DNA of 64,000 bases, taken from assembly GCA_964016885.1 (NCBI GenBank), contig OZ024743.1, positions 144,150,001 through 144,214,000 on the forward strand, read 5' to 3'. A model generated the notes under the pieces. That model was not told the DNA's origin. It ran no database searches and worked only from the letters and a program-made list of their open reading frames with translations. Source of the stretch: Eledone cirrhosa. Its lineage: Eukaryota. Position numbers and translations under genes: made by a program. Below, in pieces: positions 36,759 through 49,690 of this stretch. The first letter of the stretch is position 1; each line of letters starts with the position of its first letter.

Positions 36759-36878
36759 TAATTGTTTCTACTTTGGCACAAGGCCAGCAAATTACCCAGT
36801 GTATTACTGGTACTTTATTTTATCGACCCCGTAAGGATGAAAGGCAAAGTTAACCTCGGCAGGATTTGAACTCAGAAC
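36759..36878 (-). mobile_element. SINE family B, truncated
   Basis: Homology to other family B copies. Confidence 0.8.
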
Positions 36879-37293
36879 TTTGTCTTTATTCATAATGTGT
36901 GATTATTCATGGCCTAGTGGTTAGGTTGTTGGATGCATGATCATAAAGTCATAAGTTTGATTCCCAGACCTGGTGATGCTTTGTAGCCTTGAACAAGACA
37001 CTTCATTTCACATTGCTCCCAGTTTACTCAGCTGAAAATGAGTACCAATGGCAGCTAGGGTAGGGGGTTAGCCATGTGATGGACTAGTCTCCTGTCTCAG
37101 TCACTTAATGCTCATGAAACTGTGATAAGCTCTGGGCCTTATCAAACTTATGAAAAGCATATGAATGTGAAATGAGAACTTACTATACATACTTAATTTC
37201 TTCTGATTCCAAAAAATTACAAACCCAAAAGAAATCCTCTTGGGTACTCTGATAAAAATTTCTATACTAAAATATTTTTTAATCTCCAAACAG

Positions 37294-37426
37294 CAAGATG
37301 TGGAGTGTTATCTTTTCACTGATCTCCTCCTTATATGTAAGCTGAAAAAACTTAATGAACGGCTGAAAGTGTTGAAGCCACCAATTAGAATTGATCAGAT
37401 TAGCATTGAAGAACTTAAAGACAAAG
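37294..37426 (+). CDS. PLEKHG5: RhoGEF exon I (QDVECYLFTDLLLICKLKK...VLKPPIRIDQISIEELKDK), PH domain
   Basis: aacag acceptor, g|gtaaat donor, 133 bp, phase 0/1; LFTDLLL motif. Confidence 0.95.
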
Positions 37427-38764
37427 GTAAATAAATTTCTTTTTTTATTAATTTTTCTTCGAAACCTACTATTTTAAATTTATTTTCAAAATAGCTTCCT
37501 TTTGTCATCATTATAATCATCATTGTTTTACGTCCACTTTCCAATCTGGTATGGGTTGGACAGGCTGTTGTAATCCAAATCAGATCTTATTCAGAGTTAT
37601 TGCCCCCATAGGACTGCCTCTCATTCATAAGTTCCAGTTTTGGTGTGGTTTCTGTGGTTGGTTGCCCTTCCTATCACCAACCACTTTACAGCGTGTACTG
37701 GGTATATTTCATTGTTGTGCTGCAATTATTGAAGGGTTAACAAATAACCAACATTAATTACTTATTATCATTAGTACAGACCTTTCACAAGATGATCATT
37801 GTTTAAGGTCGTAGAACCAGATTAAGTTTTAATTATCAGCCGAGAATTTTCTTTGTAAGTTAGTGCAAAGGTATGTACAATAAAAAAAAAAAACAACATA
37901 TAAAAAAAAAAAAAACTACTAACACACATTGTACTATGTGAATGTCTTGATCCATCAGCTATTTGTTGTTCTGTATTTTTGTTTTTCCTTTAATTTGTAC
38001 TCTGTGAAGGATTTCAGATTTGTTGTTAATTATATGTATAAAACACAAAGACATTGATTGCAGAAGCAGCAGCAGCAGTAGTTGATCTACACTACATTCA
38101 ATGTGATATAATTAAAATAAATTATTTCCTCATTATGTATGGATATAAAACAGTCTGAGAAGAGGTTCTGTAAAGGTCATCAGCACTGCCCCTTCTTTCT
38201 CTGATTAACATATAATAAATAAATAAAAAAATAAAAAATGAATGTAATTAGACGAGATTACTACTAAGGTCAAGGCAACAAAGTCTTATTTCTATACTTC
38301 TCTGTCCAAGATTGTCACCTTCAGTTCCTGGATAGATTCCAGACCAGTGTTCTGCATCAAGCTGGCAATGTGTGTGACATCTACCACACTTCTCACAGTT
38401 GACATACTCTAATCTTCCCAATCATTCCAAACATCATATATAAGACTCTTCTCTTCATGAGCCCCCATTCAATTTTGAATCAGTTTTGATTTCAGAGTCG
38501 TCTACCTTGCTTTTATTTACAAGAATTATCATGTGGGCAAAACAAATCTAGGAGGCCCTGAAATCACAGTCCCTCAACTTAGACAATGCTAAAGTCAGCA
38601 CCATGGATAGAAAAGCATGGAAGAACATCTTCATTGGCTTTCGTCATCCAACAATACCCTCAGCAGTATATTGCATGCTAGAGACCAAAAAAGCTGAAGA
38701 ATTTGTGAGACATAAACAAATGGTTCTGGTTATTTAAGTAGTGCCAACATGAAGATATTTGAGG

Positions 38765-39741
38765 TACACTCAAGAGGTTTCAAGACTTTTATCAGAGAGA
38801 CATTTATTTAACTCAAATCAACACTAGTCTCCCTCAAAGTAGGACCCTCCAACTTCAATGAACTTGTAGTACTCCAACCACTTCTGGAAGGTACCCTGGT
38901 AGTTCTCCAAGGTGGAGATGTCCAGAGTACTTGTCACAGCCTCCTTCATCTCCTCCATATCCTCAAAGCAGATACCCCTGAGCTTCAACTTTAGGAACAT
39001 CCAGAAGTCACATGGAGCAAAGTCTGGATTGTAGGGAGGATGAGGGACAGTCTTGATCCCCATATTGGTTGAGTAGTTGGTTCCCAGAATGGATTTGTGG
39101 CAGGAGGCATTGTCCTGTTGCAGGTGCCTCTGACCAGACTTGAAGAGTTCTGGTCTTTTACCACAAAATCTCATTCTGAACTGCCTCAAAACCTCAAACT
39201 TTGTGCAGGTTCAGATCGTCATGAATCACTCTGTGCACAGTGCCCTCAACCACTTCAAATTGTTTAGCAATTGTCAGAAGAGATGTACGATGGTTCTTGT
39301 CTAGAAATTTGTGAATTTTGTTGACCTACTTTGGCATCCTGATGTTCCTCTCCCTACCACACCTCTCGTTGTCCTCCAACTGTCCCCTGCTCTTCTGGAA
39401 CCTCTTGTACCAGCAGAAAACAGTTACCCAGCTCGTGAAAGTTAGTCAATAAGCAGTTTTGACCATTTCATAGATTTCTACAGTGTTTTTGCCAAACTTT
39501 ATTGCATATTGAGCCTCCAAGCTGTCCTCATGCCCCAACTGCATTGGGGAACCAGTCAGCTGTGGCAAGACATGTATGATGGGTAGTGTTTAAAGTGCTG
39601 TAGCGGCCTGCATTTTCAATCTGGGTAAAAAAGTATTTGGCATATTAGCTTATTATAACCATATGAAGGGTGTATTAGAGTGACAATTACATAGGTCAAT
39701 TAAAAGTTCTTGAAAAAAAGTCTCAAAACATCTTGAGTGTA
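38765..39741 (-). mobile_element. Decayed mariner (DD34D-type) transposon
   Basis: QDNASCH...PHPPYNPDFAPCDF in ORF 38824-39189; TIRs TACACTCAAGA..AGACTTTT / AAAAGTCT..TCTTGAGTGTA. Confidence 0.88.
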
Positions 39742-40424
39742 CCCAATCCATAGTGTTACACACATGCACACATCTGATTTCACTGTCTCACAATATTATT
39801 TTGTGTGCATATATATAATTTGCACAATTCTTGAACTGGTAGTCAGAGAAATTGTTTACTATAAATGTTATATACAAAGACAATGTTGGCTTCGTAGGGT
39901 TCTTTAATCTTGTTGAGGACATAACAATCTCTTTAGTATTAGTGCAATAAAAATATGCACAGCACATGCTGTTATGTCGTTGATGTTAGGAGGAGAATCC
40001 AACTATAGAAACCTTACCAAATATGGAATGTATGAGTGAAACTCATTCCTCCAACATCTCTAGAAGGATGGTAACTCTGAATAGCAACTGACTTGGACCA
40101 TAATGATCAAACCAATGTATGCCAATCTAAACAATGGACATGACATTATGATGGAGGAGAGAGTGGTAGTGATGGTGATGATGTTGGCAATGATGATAAT
40201 GTTGATGAGGGTTATGATGATGATGGTAATTCATTTGTTCATTCATCATCACCACAACCACCACCACCACCTTTTTCTTCTTTGAGTCAAGAAGGTATAT
40301 CTATTTGTAACCATTCTAGTTTTCATTTAGGTAGTTAATTATTTTCACATTATTTTCTTGATAAGAAAGAAAGCAGATATCTCTTTGGAGGTAACAAATT
40401 AACTGACATGAACTTTGTTATAAA

Positions 40425-40530
40425 TACAGAGTGTCCCTCCAAAAATGTATACACACTTTGATTACCTGTACAGGCAATATTTATTAGAATACACAGCCTT
40501 TATGTTTACATTTTTGGGGGACACTCTGTA
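40425..40530. mobile_element. Small Tc1/mariner MITE (~100 bp)
   Basis: TA TSD; TIRs CAGAGTGTCCCTCCAAAAATGTA / TACATTTTTGGGGGACACTCTG. Confidence 0.85.
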
Positions 40531-42840
40531 TTTACATAATGTTGCTCTCAACACAGTTATGGATTGATTCCCATTTAAGCAACCAATGCTAATCATTCCT
40601 TCTACTGTCCCCACCCCAAATTCTTGGCACTATCATCATCATCATCATCATCATCACTGCTATCATCATCATTGCCACCATCATTACCACTCCCACTATC
40701 ATCAGTACCACCTCCACCACAACCACCACCATCAGTAGCAGCAAATTCTGGCAGAGATGTGTAAAACTAAATTATTTGTGTGGGGTTTGTATTTCAGTAA
40801 ATAACAAACAAAAGGAAGACTTTATCTTCTTGAGTCTGGTTACATATTATTCTGATAAAAACTGTCATCTTCTGTGAATATGGTTTCTTTCTATCCTGGT
40901 ATCATCTTTCCAATTACTATCTTTAACCCTTTCATGACTGCATTTCCTATGAAATACACTCTATTTTCATTAACCAATGAAGAATGTGGACGGATTTACT
41001 AAAATTATTAATAAGATAGTAACTTAATGTAAGGTTTTTATACAAAATTATGTTGGAAGATTTAAATTTAAAATGGGTGGTTTTATTTCATAGAATCAGA
41101 GCCAATTTTGGCCAGGTTGGCAACTAAAGGGTTAAATAGATATTTACTTAGATCAAATCAGTTTGTTGACCTAGAGATGGGGGGGGGGGGGGGGCTCTTC
41201 CACATATAAATGCCCCAAGACATTTGTCAGGATGGCGCACCACTACAAACAAGTTCATCAGGAATTATGGGTCCATGTCAACCTGATTGTTCTTGCTTTA
41301 TTTAACCTTTTTGTTACCCTATTTCCATTGAAATACACAACCCTTGTCTTTCAATTAATTTTGAAAATAATGAAGAATTTGGAGAAATTTAGTAATATAA
41401 CTTAACTTTTTCATTGTTAGACCTTTTGACACCAAACCATTATTACCATGCCCATCCACCTTCTTTTAACCATGCCCCAACCATGAGGATCTACCTTTTT
41501 TAATGGTGGATGTAATGATCTATCCTCTTATGTGACCATCTGGCCTTTTTTTAAACTGTTGTGATACCAAACTTTCTGAAACTGCCCTTAGTTCTATGAT
41601 ACAAAACTATTTTAAAGTAAGAACCTTTGTTATGTTCCAAACATCAACTTAATAATGAGAAAATTATATTAAATCTGTTCAAGTTCTTTTAAAAAATTAT
41701 TTGAAAATCAAACAGTGCATTTCATTAAAAATATTGTAATGAATGGGTTAAGTTGATGTTTGGAACATTACTTCACAAAAGGATCTTATATAATATTATG
41801 GAATGTTATCATCAATTTTGTTTTTCATTAATTTATTAATAATTTCTAATTCATTAATTTATTAATAACTTTAAATTCACAAGCTGTGATCATAACTTTG
41901 TGGTACGTCCTATTGATTGCCATAACAATCCCACCCAACCCTTACTTCCCCCTTCCTGTCTATGTGATATGCTCTAATGGCAACTACTTAATTGACTAAA
42001 TATAATCATAATCATAACTCTATTATATATTACCCCTCTAGTGACCACAAAATTAACTAAACTAGCTTTGGGGCAATCTAGGTCTCCATAAGTTGCAGAG
42101 AAGGTGGTACATTTAAGAGAACAGTAACTGCACAAGCTAGACACAGACCCTGTAAGCTGGCTGGAAGGCAGTACATTTAGAGTATTCACATTAAATAAAT
42201 ATGACTGCACATGGTAGACGAGGGCTTGGAAAGCAATAGTGAAAGCAACACATCTTCGTGAGCAGATACTCTGAATAAAAACTGGTAGAGGATAGAGAAT
42301 ACTCTTAAGTCTTGACAGACAAATTCTCTAGTCCTGGTAGCTTGATATAATGTACTTAGTCAATGCTGTAAATTTGGTTGATGATGATGAACACTTCAAA
42401 TAGGCAGTTTTATATCATAGAATCAGGGGCTATTTCAAGTGTGTTGATATCAAAAGTGTTAAATATGGCATCATATTAACTTGTTTCTCGCTCATCCCAT
42501 TCTTTTAGTGCATCTCCCTGGCTAATGCATTCACAATTTTGTCTGCTGTGACCATGAGGCAACATCTATCTGATATTTTGCAAAGGACATGAGATGGTGG
42601 TGTTATCAATTAATGTTATTTTACAGTTTTCTTTCAGGTATTAGTCAACAATATATTCCCCATACACTTATTTTAATATTCTTATTCACAAACATTTTCA
42701 TGTATTACAACTCACAACCTTCTTCCTTAAAATTTTCCTTACATTTCTTTCATTTCTTCTTTCTCTTCATAGCAAAAGATATCTTTTCCTCTCATTTTTA
42801 TCCTAATTCTCCTCCTTGGTCTCTATTCTTTGACTTTCAG

Positions 42841-42953
42841 GATCAATATTGATGATACAAATAAATGAATACAATGTTCCAACACTGGCATTCACTCTCC
42901 ATGCTGACCAATCCACTATCAAAAAATTTATCTCAAATATTAATAAAGCAAAG
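42841..42953 (+). CDS. PLEKHG5: RhoGEF exon J (GSILMIQINEYNVPTLAFTLHAD...NKAK), end of PH domain
   Basis: ctttcag acceptor, gtaaat donor, 113 bp, phase 1/0; resembles GSFLLIYLNEF..A.T. Confidence 0.93.
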
Positions 42954-43699
42954 GTAAATAACTTCCTCAGTCTCTAAGTGTGTCCATATTCTTCACTTTT
43001 TTAATCTTTTCATGTACATTGTTGTTCTTATGTCATTCGTGGCAGAAATAAATTCAGACAAAATATATGTTTTAAATTTTATGAAATAAAAACCAGTTGT
43101 AGTGTGCAAGAGAGAGAATTATACTAATATAGACAAGTAATACATATAGATAATGATTGTTGGGTGAAGGAGTGTCAGGAGCTCTAAGTAGAAGTTAGAA
43201 GCAGAAGAGGAAAACCTTGGCAGAAGTGGTGAGAATGATCTCAGAATGCCTGAACCTCACAGAGGTGATGATGAAGGAATGCAACAAGTGTAGGAGAAAA
43301 CTCATCCAACCCATGCAAACAGGGAAAAATAAATGTAAAAATGATGATGATGAAAAATCAGTAAAGGAATTCTAAGAGTTTATGACCGGTTGTCCACAAG
43401 AGCTCTTGAATGCTGACAACCTAATTCCTATAACTGAATCTATTGAAGTTTTAGAGAAAGAATTCCACACATAGAAGCAAACTTTTAGAATCAAGGGGCT
43501 TCAATATAAACCTAGCAAATACCAAAGTTGTAGTTTACAGAAAAAAATGGACTTTACTACTTTCAAGGGAGTGACTATGCTTGATATTCAGAAAATAAGT
43601 AGGTAGGACTTCCTTATAGTTTACCTAATGTAAACTATAAGTACATAAGAGGTGTAATGAGATCATAGATAGGCTGACAGAAAAGGAAGACTTCATGTG

Positions 43700-44090
43700 C
43701 AGCAGATACACAGTAGTAATAAGCAGTAAACTCATTGTGAAGTAAATCACTGCTGGTTAAACTCTCTAGAGGTGGTTAATAGCTTATGTTACTTATGTTA
43801 TCTAATTAGCAGTGGAGGTGGGTGTTCCAAAAACATAGTTACCAAAGTAAGAATGGAATATAAAAAGTTCAGGGAGTGATTATTTCTGCTAATAACAATA
43901 GGAATCTCACTTCAAATGAACGATGCTTGTGTACAAAATATGGTGTTGCAAGATAGTGAAACATAAGCATTGAATGCAGGTGAAAATACTAAAAAGCTGG
44001 AAAGAAATGAGGTGAGCATACATTGCTGGTTACATAATGTTGGCATACATCAGTGACACGGCATAAATGAGCTGAGAGAAAAAGCTTGTA
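43700..44090 (+). mobile_element. Decayed RTE fragment
   Basis: Eroded similarity to 8350-8760. Confidence 0.55.
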
Positions 44091-45977
44091 TTGTTTTTAA
44101 TATGGTACCTAATTTACTCAGTTCTAATTAATCCAGTTCAGTTAAATAGTGATTGAATAAAATTCAGAATCTGAGGAAATTGGGTTAAGAAGAAGGGCAA
44201 TGCTCATAGCCCATTATTTTTTTCAGGACCTCTAATATGTATGGGATGGAAAAAGGAAAGTATCCTCAAACCAGAGACACTACCCAAATGCTTCCAACAG
44301 AGAGGAGTCTGCTAAAGGCACCCAAGGAACTGGTGGCAGTGTTAAACTGGTGAAATGAGTAAAACTGGCTGTCGAGTTAAGCCCATCCTGAGAGGAGCAA
44401 CCACCAATAAGACTGACTGTAGACAAAAGACATTAAATATTATAACCATAAATGGGGTGGGGATGGGGTCACAATCATGTACTGTGTGTTTTGTCAGACA
44501 TGCAGGTGTTTGGCATGTTACATTATGTGGTGAGAATGGATGTGGGGAAAGGGTGGCACTCATGTGGGTATGTGATATATATGACAATTAAATGAGGAGG
44601 ATTACATGTTCAATCTTGAGCAAATTATGTATCCAGAAGATGTCTTGAATTCAGCACATCACAACTGGATAACAGATTAAGTCAACCACCAAAGTGCACC
44701 ACAGCAAGATTTGAACTCAGAAAGCTAAGATGGGATAAATACTGCAAAGCAACCTATCCAATGCTCTAATGATTCTGCCAGTCAACTGTTCTTTACTGAT
44801 ACTTTATTTATCTATCCTGGAAGTTAATCTGTGTGGGGTTTGAACACAAGATGCTGGAATAAATACCACAAGGCATTGGCAACAAAATTAATAAAATCCA
44901 AGAGAATTTGTGTCAATGAGTTTAATTCTGAAGAGCAAGAAAATAGAAAATGTGACTGATGCCATCAAACTGTCTTAAATTTTAATAATTTGAAACATGA
45001 AAAAGTTGTCATTCTTCTCACTGTTCTGACTCATATAGAACACAGCATTGGGGATAAGAAGTTGGCTTGACAATCATGATGGTTTGTGATTTGGTCCCAC
45101 TGCATGGTATTTCAGGCAAATGCCTTTTACTATAGCCTCAGATCATTTAAAATGTTGTGAATGTAATTGGGTAAATAGAAACTTGAAGCCCATTGGATGG
45201 ATTGCACTTGTAATTCACTTTGTGTCGTGCTGAATCTCTTTGAGAATTATATTAAAGGTGCACATGTCTGGAATATTCAACTATTAACATGTTAATTTAA
45301 CTGGTAGATTTGACCTGTTGGCTGAACAATTGAAATGCCCATCATTGAATCTAGCTGTAGTCCATTATTTTTATCTAGCTTATGTAAGCAATAACATTTA
45401 ATTTTAAGTTAATATCTTTTTTTGGTGCCAATTTATGAACATAATACTACAGTAAAATTAGTGATAGCACTAACACAGTGTGATTCAGAATCTAGGCATA
45501 TATGAACTCATATATACTAAGCTTATGTATAATAAACATACATTTAGTCTGTGTGTGTCCAGTTTAGGATAGGTGCACTATATCCACACGTCATAAGAGA
45601 TGACTAAAAGGGTTGGCATCAGGAGAGTATCTGGCTATAAAACATTGCCTCAAAAAGCTGAGTGTGAAACCATGGGGCCCACAAGGCTAACTTCTGCTTT
45701 AACAGAAAATGGCCTTAAAACATTTGTTATTAATTAATCTCACTGTGAGTATTTAAGCTGCACTACAGCTATGTAAGCAACTAAAGTAGGATCAACGGAT
45801 GCATTTCAAGATCTTTACATATCATCAGCACACACTTATCTGCTCCCAAATGCTAAAGTATGGAAGACAATATATTCTTATAGGTTTTTGTAGACAAACT
45901 ATTCATAGTTAAGGTTTACTACAGTAACTAAATAGGGATGTTATAATATATATTAATGTTTTCTACTTTTCTTTCAG

Positions 45978-46873
45978 CAATTCTATAAAGAAGCTTACCA
46001 ATATTTTCTTCAATGGCAGCAACTCCAGAACACAGGAGACCCTAGTTTCACTGACGTCATACCAAAACTCCAATATCCAAGTCCATTCCAGGAAGGAAAA
46101 CATGATAAACTTACTGATCCCTGTCCTTCCCCAAACCGACCACACGTTTTTCTTTTATCCAAAACCAAGCCTCAGATTAGTCCCTCAGAACATATGATAA
46201 GCCCACGTATTGTATGTGATAGCCCATCTCCAGAAACACAAACATATAATTCTCTTTTGTTACCAAACACAGAAATGAAGATAAGCCATTCAATGCCATC
46301 CTGTGCGAGTTCTGAGTGGCTTTCACAATCATCTAGAGAAGAGACTAAAGCAAAATCAGAGAGAAATCGCAAGACTGAAAAACGCTATAATACTGCTGAT
46401 TCTATCCAAGAACTTAAAAGAAGTGAACATGCTGATAACGCCATATATAAAAGATTCTCGTGGAATTCTGGTTCAACTCATAAGGAGAATCGACAAAGTC
46501 TGTACAAACATGTAAGTTCAGACAGTATTCGAAGTTCAAGTGGAGTAAGTTCAACTTGTTCTTCTCATTTGAGCCCTGATCATGAAAACAATGAGAATGA
46601 GGAAGAAACTCTAGTAAATGTTATGAGACAACCATCTCTAACTGAGTCAAATGTCACTGAGAATTGTTTATATCTCAACACAGAGAACAAGACTCTATCA
46701 AAGTCTATGCCTGATATAGCTGCACTTATCCAAGATGTGACTCCAAGTGAAATGAGAGACGGTATTTCTTCTGTAGATATTTCAAGACTTAATCAAATAA
46801 ACTTTGAAAGGTTAAACAAGGTACAGATTCTGAACATTAAAAAATACCTCCTACTGAACAGTGCCAATGAATC
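45978..46873 (+). CDS. PLEKHG5: RhoGEF exon K, large Ser-rich C-terminal exon ending ...IKKYLLLNSANES
   Basis: ctttcag acceptor; open frame continuous with ORF 46194-46877; tc|gtaagt donor, phase 2; LLLNS matches the PLEKHG5 C-terminus. Confidence 0.9.
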
Positions 46874-46949
46874 GTAAGTTGATAATGTTTTATTTATTTT
46901 ACAATTTTATTATTTGGTAATTCTAGAGAGAAGAGCAGTGGTCAGGATC

Positions 46950-47240
46950 GTCATAGGGCCTCTGGTACTAGTAATGTTGTTCCACTTAAAATGTCATTGG
47001 TGAACACCTGTACAAGAAATATGAGCAGGAAAAAAGTTCCAGGGGGAAGAAAGTGTGCACTGGACAAGAAGGAATTTGCACAGTAGTTAGTGCAAGGCTT
47101 GGGGAATTGGTCACAGCATGGGTGATGAGAAAAAAAGAGATGGATGAAGCAGGAGTGCTTGAGTGGAAGTGACATGCGACTAGCAAACTCCAAGGAGCAG
47201 AAACCACAGTAGAGGCAGTAGAAAAGGCAAAGAGAAAAGA
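46950..47240 (-). mobile_element. 3' fragment of a CR1/L2-group LINE
   Basis: SLCLFYCLYCGFCSLEFAS...TNYCANSFL resembles the C-terminus of CR1-group ORF2. Confidence 0.5.
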
Positions 47241-48210
47241 GAGCATGTTTATATGCCAAAGCCTGGAGAAAGTTTTAAAAGATTTTCAAACAATATGGCT
47301 AATTCATTTATCCTTGATATAAGAAGATAAATTTCTTATACAGCCAATGAAAATATTACTTACTTGAGGAACTTGATAGTTATTTAATATTGCAGTAAAT
47401 CTATGATCAAATGTGTTCTGGCTATGACCATATCAGTTTTATTTTTTTTTCAGTTATAGTTCATCCAGGACTATATTATCCTGTGTGTAGATTTGGCTAC
47501 TTTTTCTTGCAGGCTAAGTAATACTGAAAAACTTGTTTAAATTTTGTTTTACATATATATAGACATTTGTGTGTGTGTGTGTGTGTATTTTAGTATAAAT
47601 AAATGTGAAAATTAATATTGATAAAATAGAAAATGAGTACTCAATACTTTATCAAGTGTAATCCAGTACCCTGTTATTCTGGAGTGTTTAACAGGTGAAA
47701 CTTCAGAGTACAATCTTAATAAAGTATACATACATGTGTCATCATCATCATCCTTATCCTAATTTTATATCTGATTTCCATACTGGCATGGGTTGGATCA
47801 GAATCTGGAGAGCCTATTTTCTATATTTTAACATGGTTTCTATAGCAGAATGCCCTTCCTGATGCCAACCACTTTGCAGTGTTGTTACTGGGGGCATTTT
47901 ATCTTGGCACCAACATTAAAGATATTGTTATGTTATTGACAGGGTCAAAGGGTCTTCTATATCTTGTGTTGTTTTAGTTTGTTTGTCACTTTCTTTCAAG
48001 GAGTACTGAGTATATTTCACCATGGCACCAATGCTAAAGAGGTTGCTTTATCCACCTTAGGCTAAAAATCAACCTCACCATTCCAATCACTGTCCACATT
48101 TACTTTTACTGGTGACTGTTTTTTCTGGCAAGGCTAGTTACCACTTAATGTAATCTTGTGTTATCTCCTTTGTGAAGTTCAACTTCTTGAGGTCATTCTT
48201 TAAAACTCTG

Positions 48211-48270
<60 letters not shown>

Positions 48271-48273
<3 letters not shown>

Positions 48274-48882
48274 ATGTCAGGTCACCAGTTGGTGCTACTG
48301 GTAACATGTATTCCAGTACAACCTGTCCCATGGTCGGGTCGTTGGCGACTAAACTGGCAACCCCACCAAGGTTTCTTGGTGAGGAGGGTGACTTTGGACA
48401 TCCTGCAGGACTAAAAACAAAACCTGTCAAAAGGCAAAGGAGCTCTTAAGAGTCAATGGCCATCTAAAATCACTGGGAGAGATGACCCCTTAGCCTTTGT
48501 CAAGGCAGAATTCTAGGAGAAGGAAAACTCTGATATAACACCTGCAACCCTGATGGTATCCAATGATGTTGACTTGTTCTTCTTTTTGGTAAATATCATC
48601 TTGGTTAAGAGAGTGGGACTGGCTTTGTGCAGTGCCTTTGCTCACTATAAAAGCTTCACGGCACAGGCATTGCTTTATATCTGGAGATCTCTCTGCATTT
48701 GTCGTCACATGGTACCATGGGCCCAGCACTATGTGTCAATAATTGTCACAAGTGTAGTGTTTGTACCAGAGCTTTCAAGTCGCTGGCTGGACTAAAAAGT
48801 CACACTCGTTCAGCGCATCAGTAGGGGTTCTCCTACATGGATATAAAGTAGTGGCCGTACTCGAAAACGAGTTGGCAGCCAC
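48271..48882 (+). mobile_element. ~610-bp non-autonomous LINE derivative, copy 2
   Basis: UTR-like start, C2H2 remnant CSVCTRAFKSLAGLKSHTRSAH, 3' stem-loop CTCG-AAAA-CGAG, within (TA)n. Confidence 0.8.
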
Positions 48883-48946
48883 CATATATATATGTATATA
48901 TATATGAGTTAGCAGAGAAAACAAGTATTAAATGATAATGATTATA

Positions 48947-48985
<39 letters not shown>

Positions 48986-49144
48986 AACTAAATATATTTT
49001 TAACTAAGGATTATTAAAATTTATCATGCTGCTTATTTAGAAAGTTATATGTCAATTTTTGTTCAATGTTATTTTTAAATGTAATTATTTCTGGTGAATT
49101 TTATATCAATAAAATTGATTTGTTTTCCAAATCTGTAATTTCAG

Positions 49145-49154
49145 GGAAGTGTGA
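49145..49154 (+). CDS. PLEKHG5: RhoGEF terminal coding exon: completes Ser, then Glu-Val-stop (class I PDZ-binding motif SEV); 3' UTR follows
   Basis: aatttcag|G GAA GTG TGA; phase matches the 46873 donor; vertebrate PLEKHG5 also ends in SEV. Confidence 0.85.
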
Positions 49155-49269
49155 CATTGACTTTGAGATATACAAGTTATAATGAGACCAGTTATTGATT
49201 TTTCATCAATCATCTTCAGATCTCTACATTTTTGATACAAACATATTTGACTGCTTCAGTTGATTTACC

Positions 49270-49690
49270 TATCAGTGGCAACCATCACAATTTTGTGGAA
49301 GTCACTATCACCACTCCTCATTGAGGCAGTTACTACACAGAGGCAACCACCAACTTTACCACCACCCATCATTGAGGTAGCCACCACCACCACCACCATC
49401 ATCAACCATCATTGAGGCAGTTACCAGACAAAGTTTAGCTTCCACCACCACACCACCATTCCTTATTGAGGTAGTTACCACACAGAGGCATCCATCTCTA
49501 CTATTCATTGAAACAGTTACTCCACAGAGGCAGCTACCATCACCAAGGCTGGTTTAAAAGATTATGGTGGCCGCTATATAGAAAGTCTTAAAATAATGCC
49601 CATAGCATGTGTATATTTTACTTAATGGTTAATCCAGCTCTGATCACCACCACTCATTGAGGTAGTTATCATATGGAGGCAGCCCCCAAC
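49270..49690. repeat. Degenerate repeat array (CATTGAGGYAGTTACCACACAGAGGCA + CAC runs) in the putative 3' UTR
   Basis: About six imperfect copies. Confidence 0.7.

Noticed and set aside
49373-49665. let-7-like TGAGGTAG, three copies
   Set aside because: Matches only the first 8-9 nt, no precursor hairpin seen, and it is the wrong strand to be a target site in this mRNA
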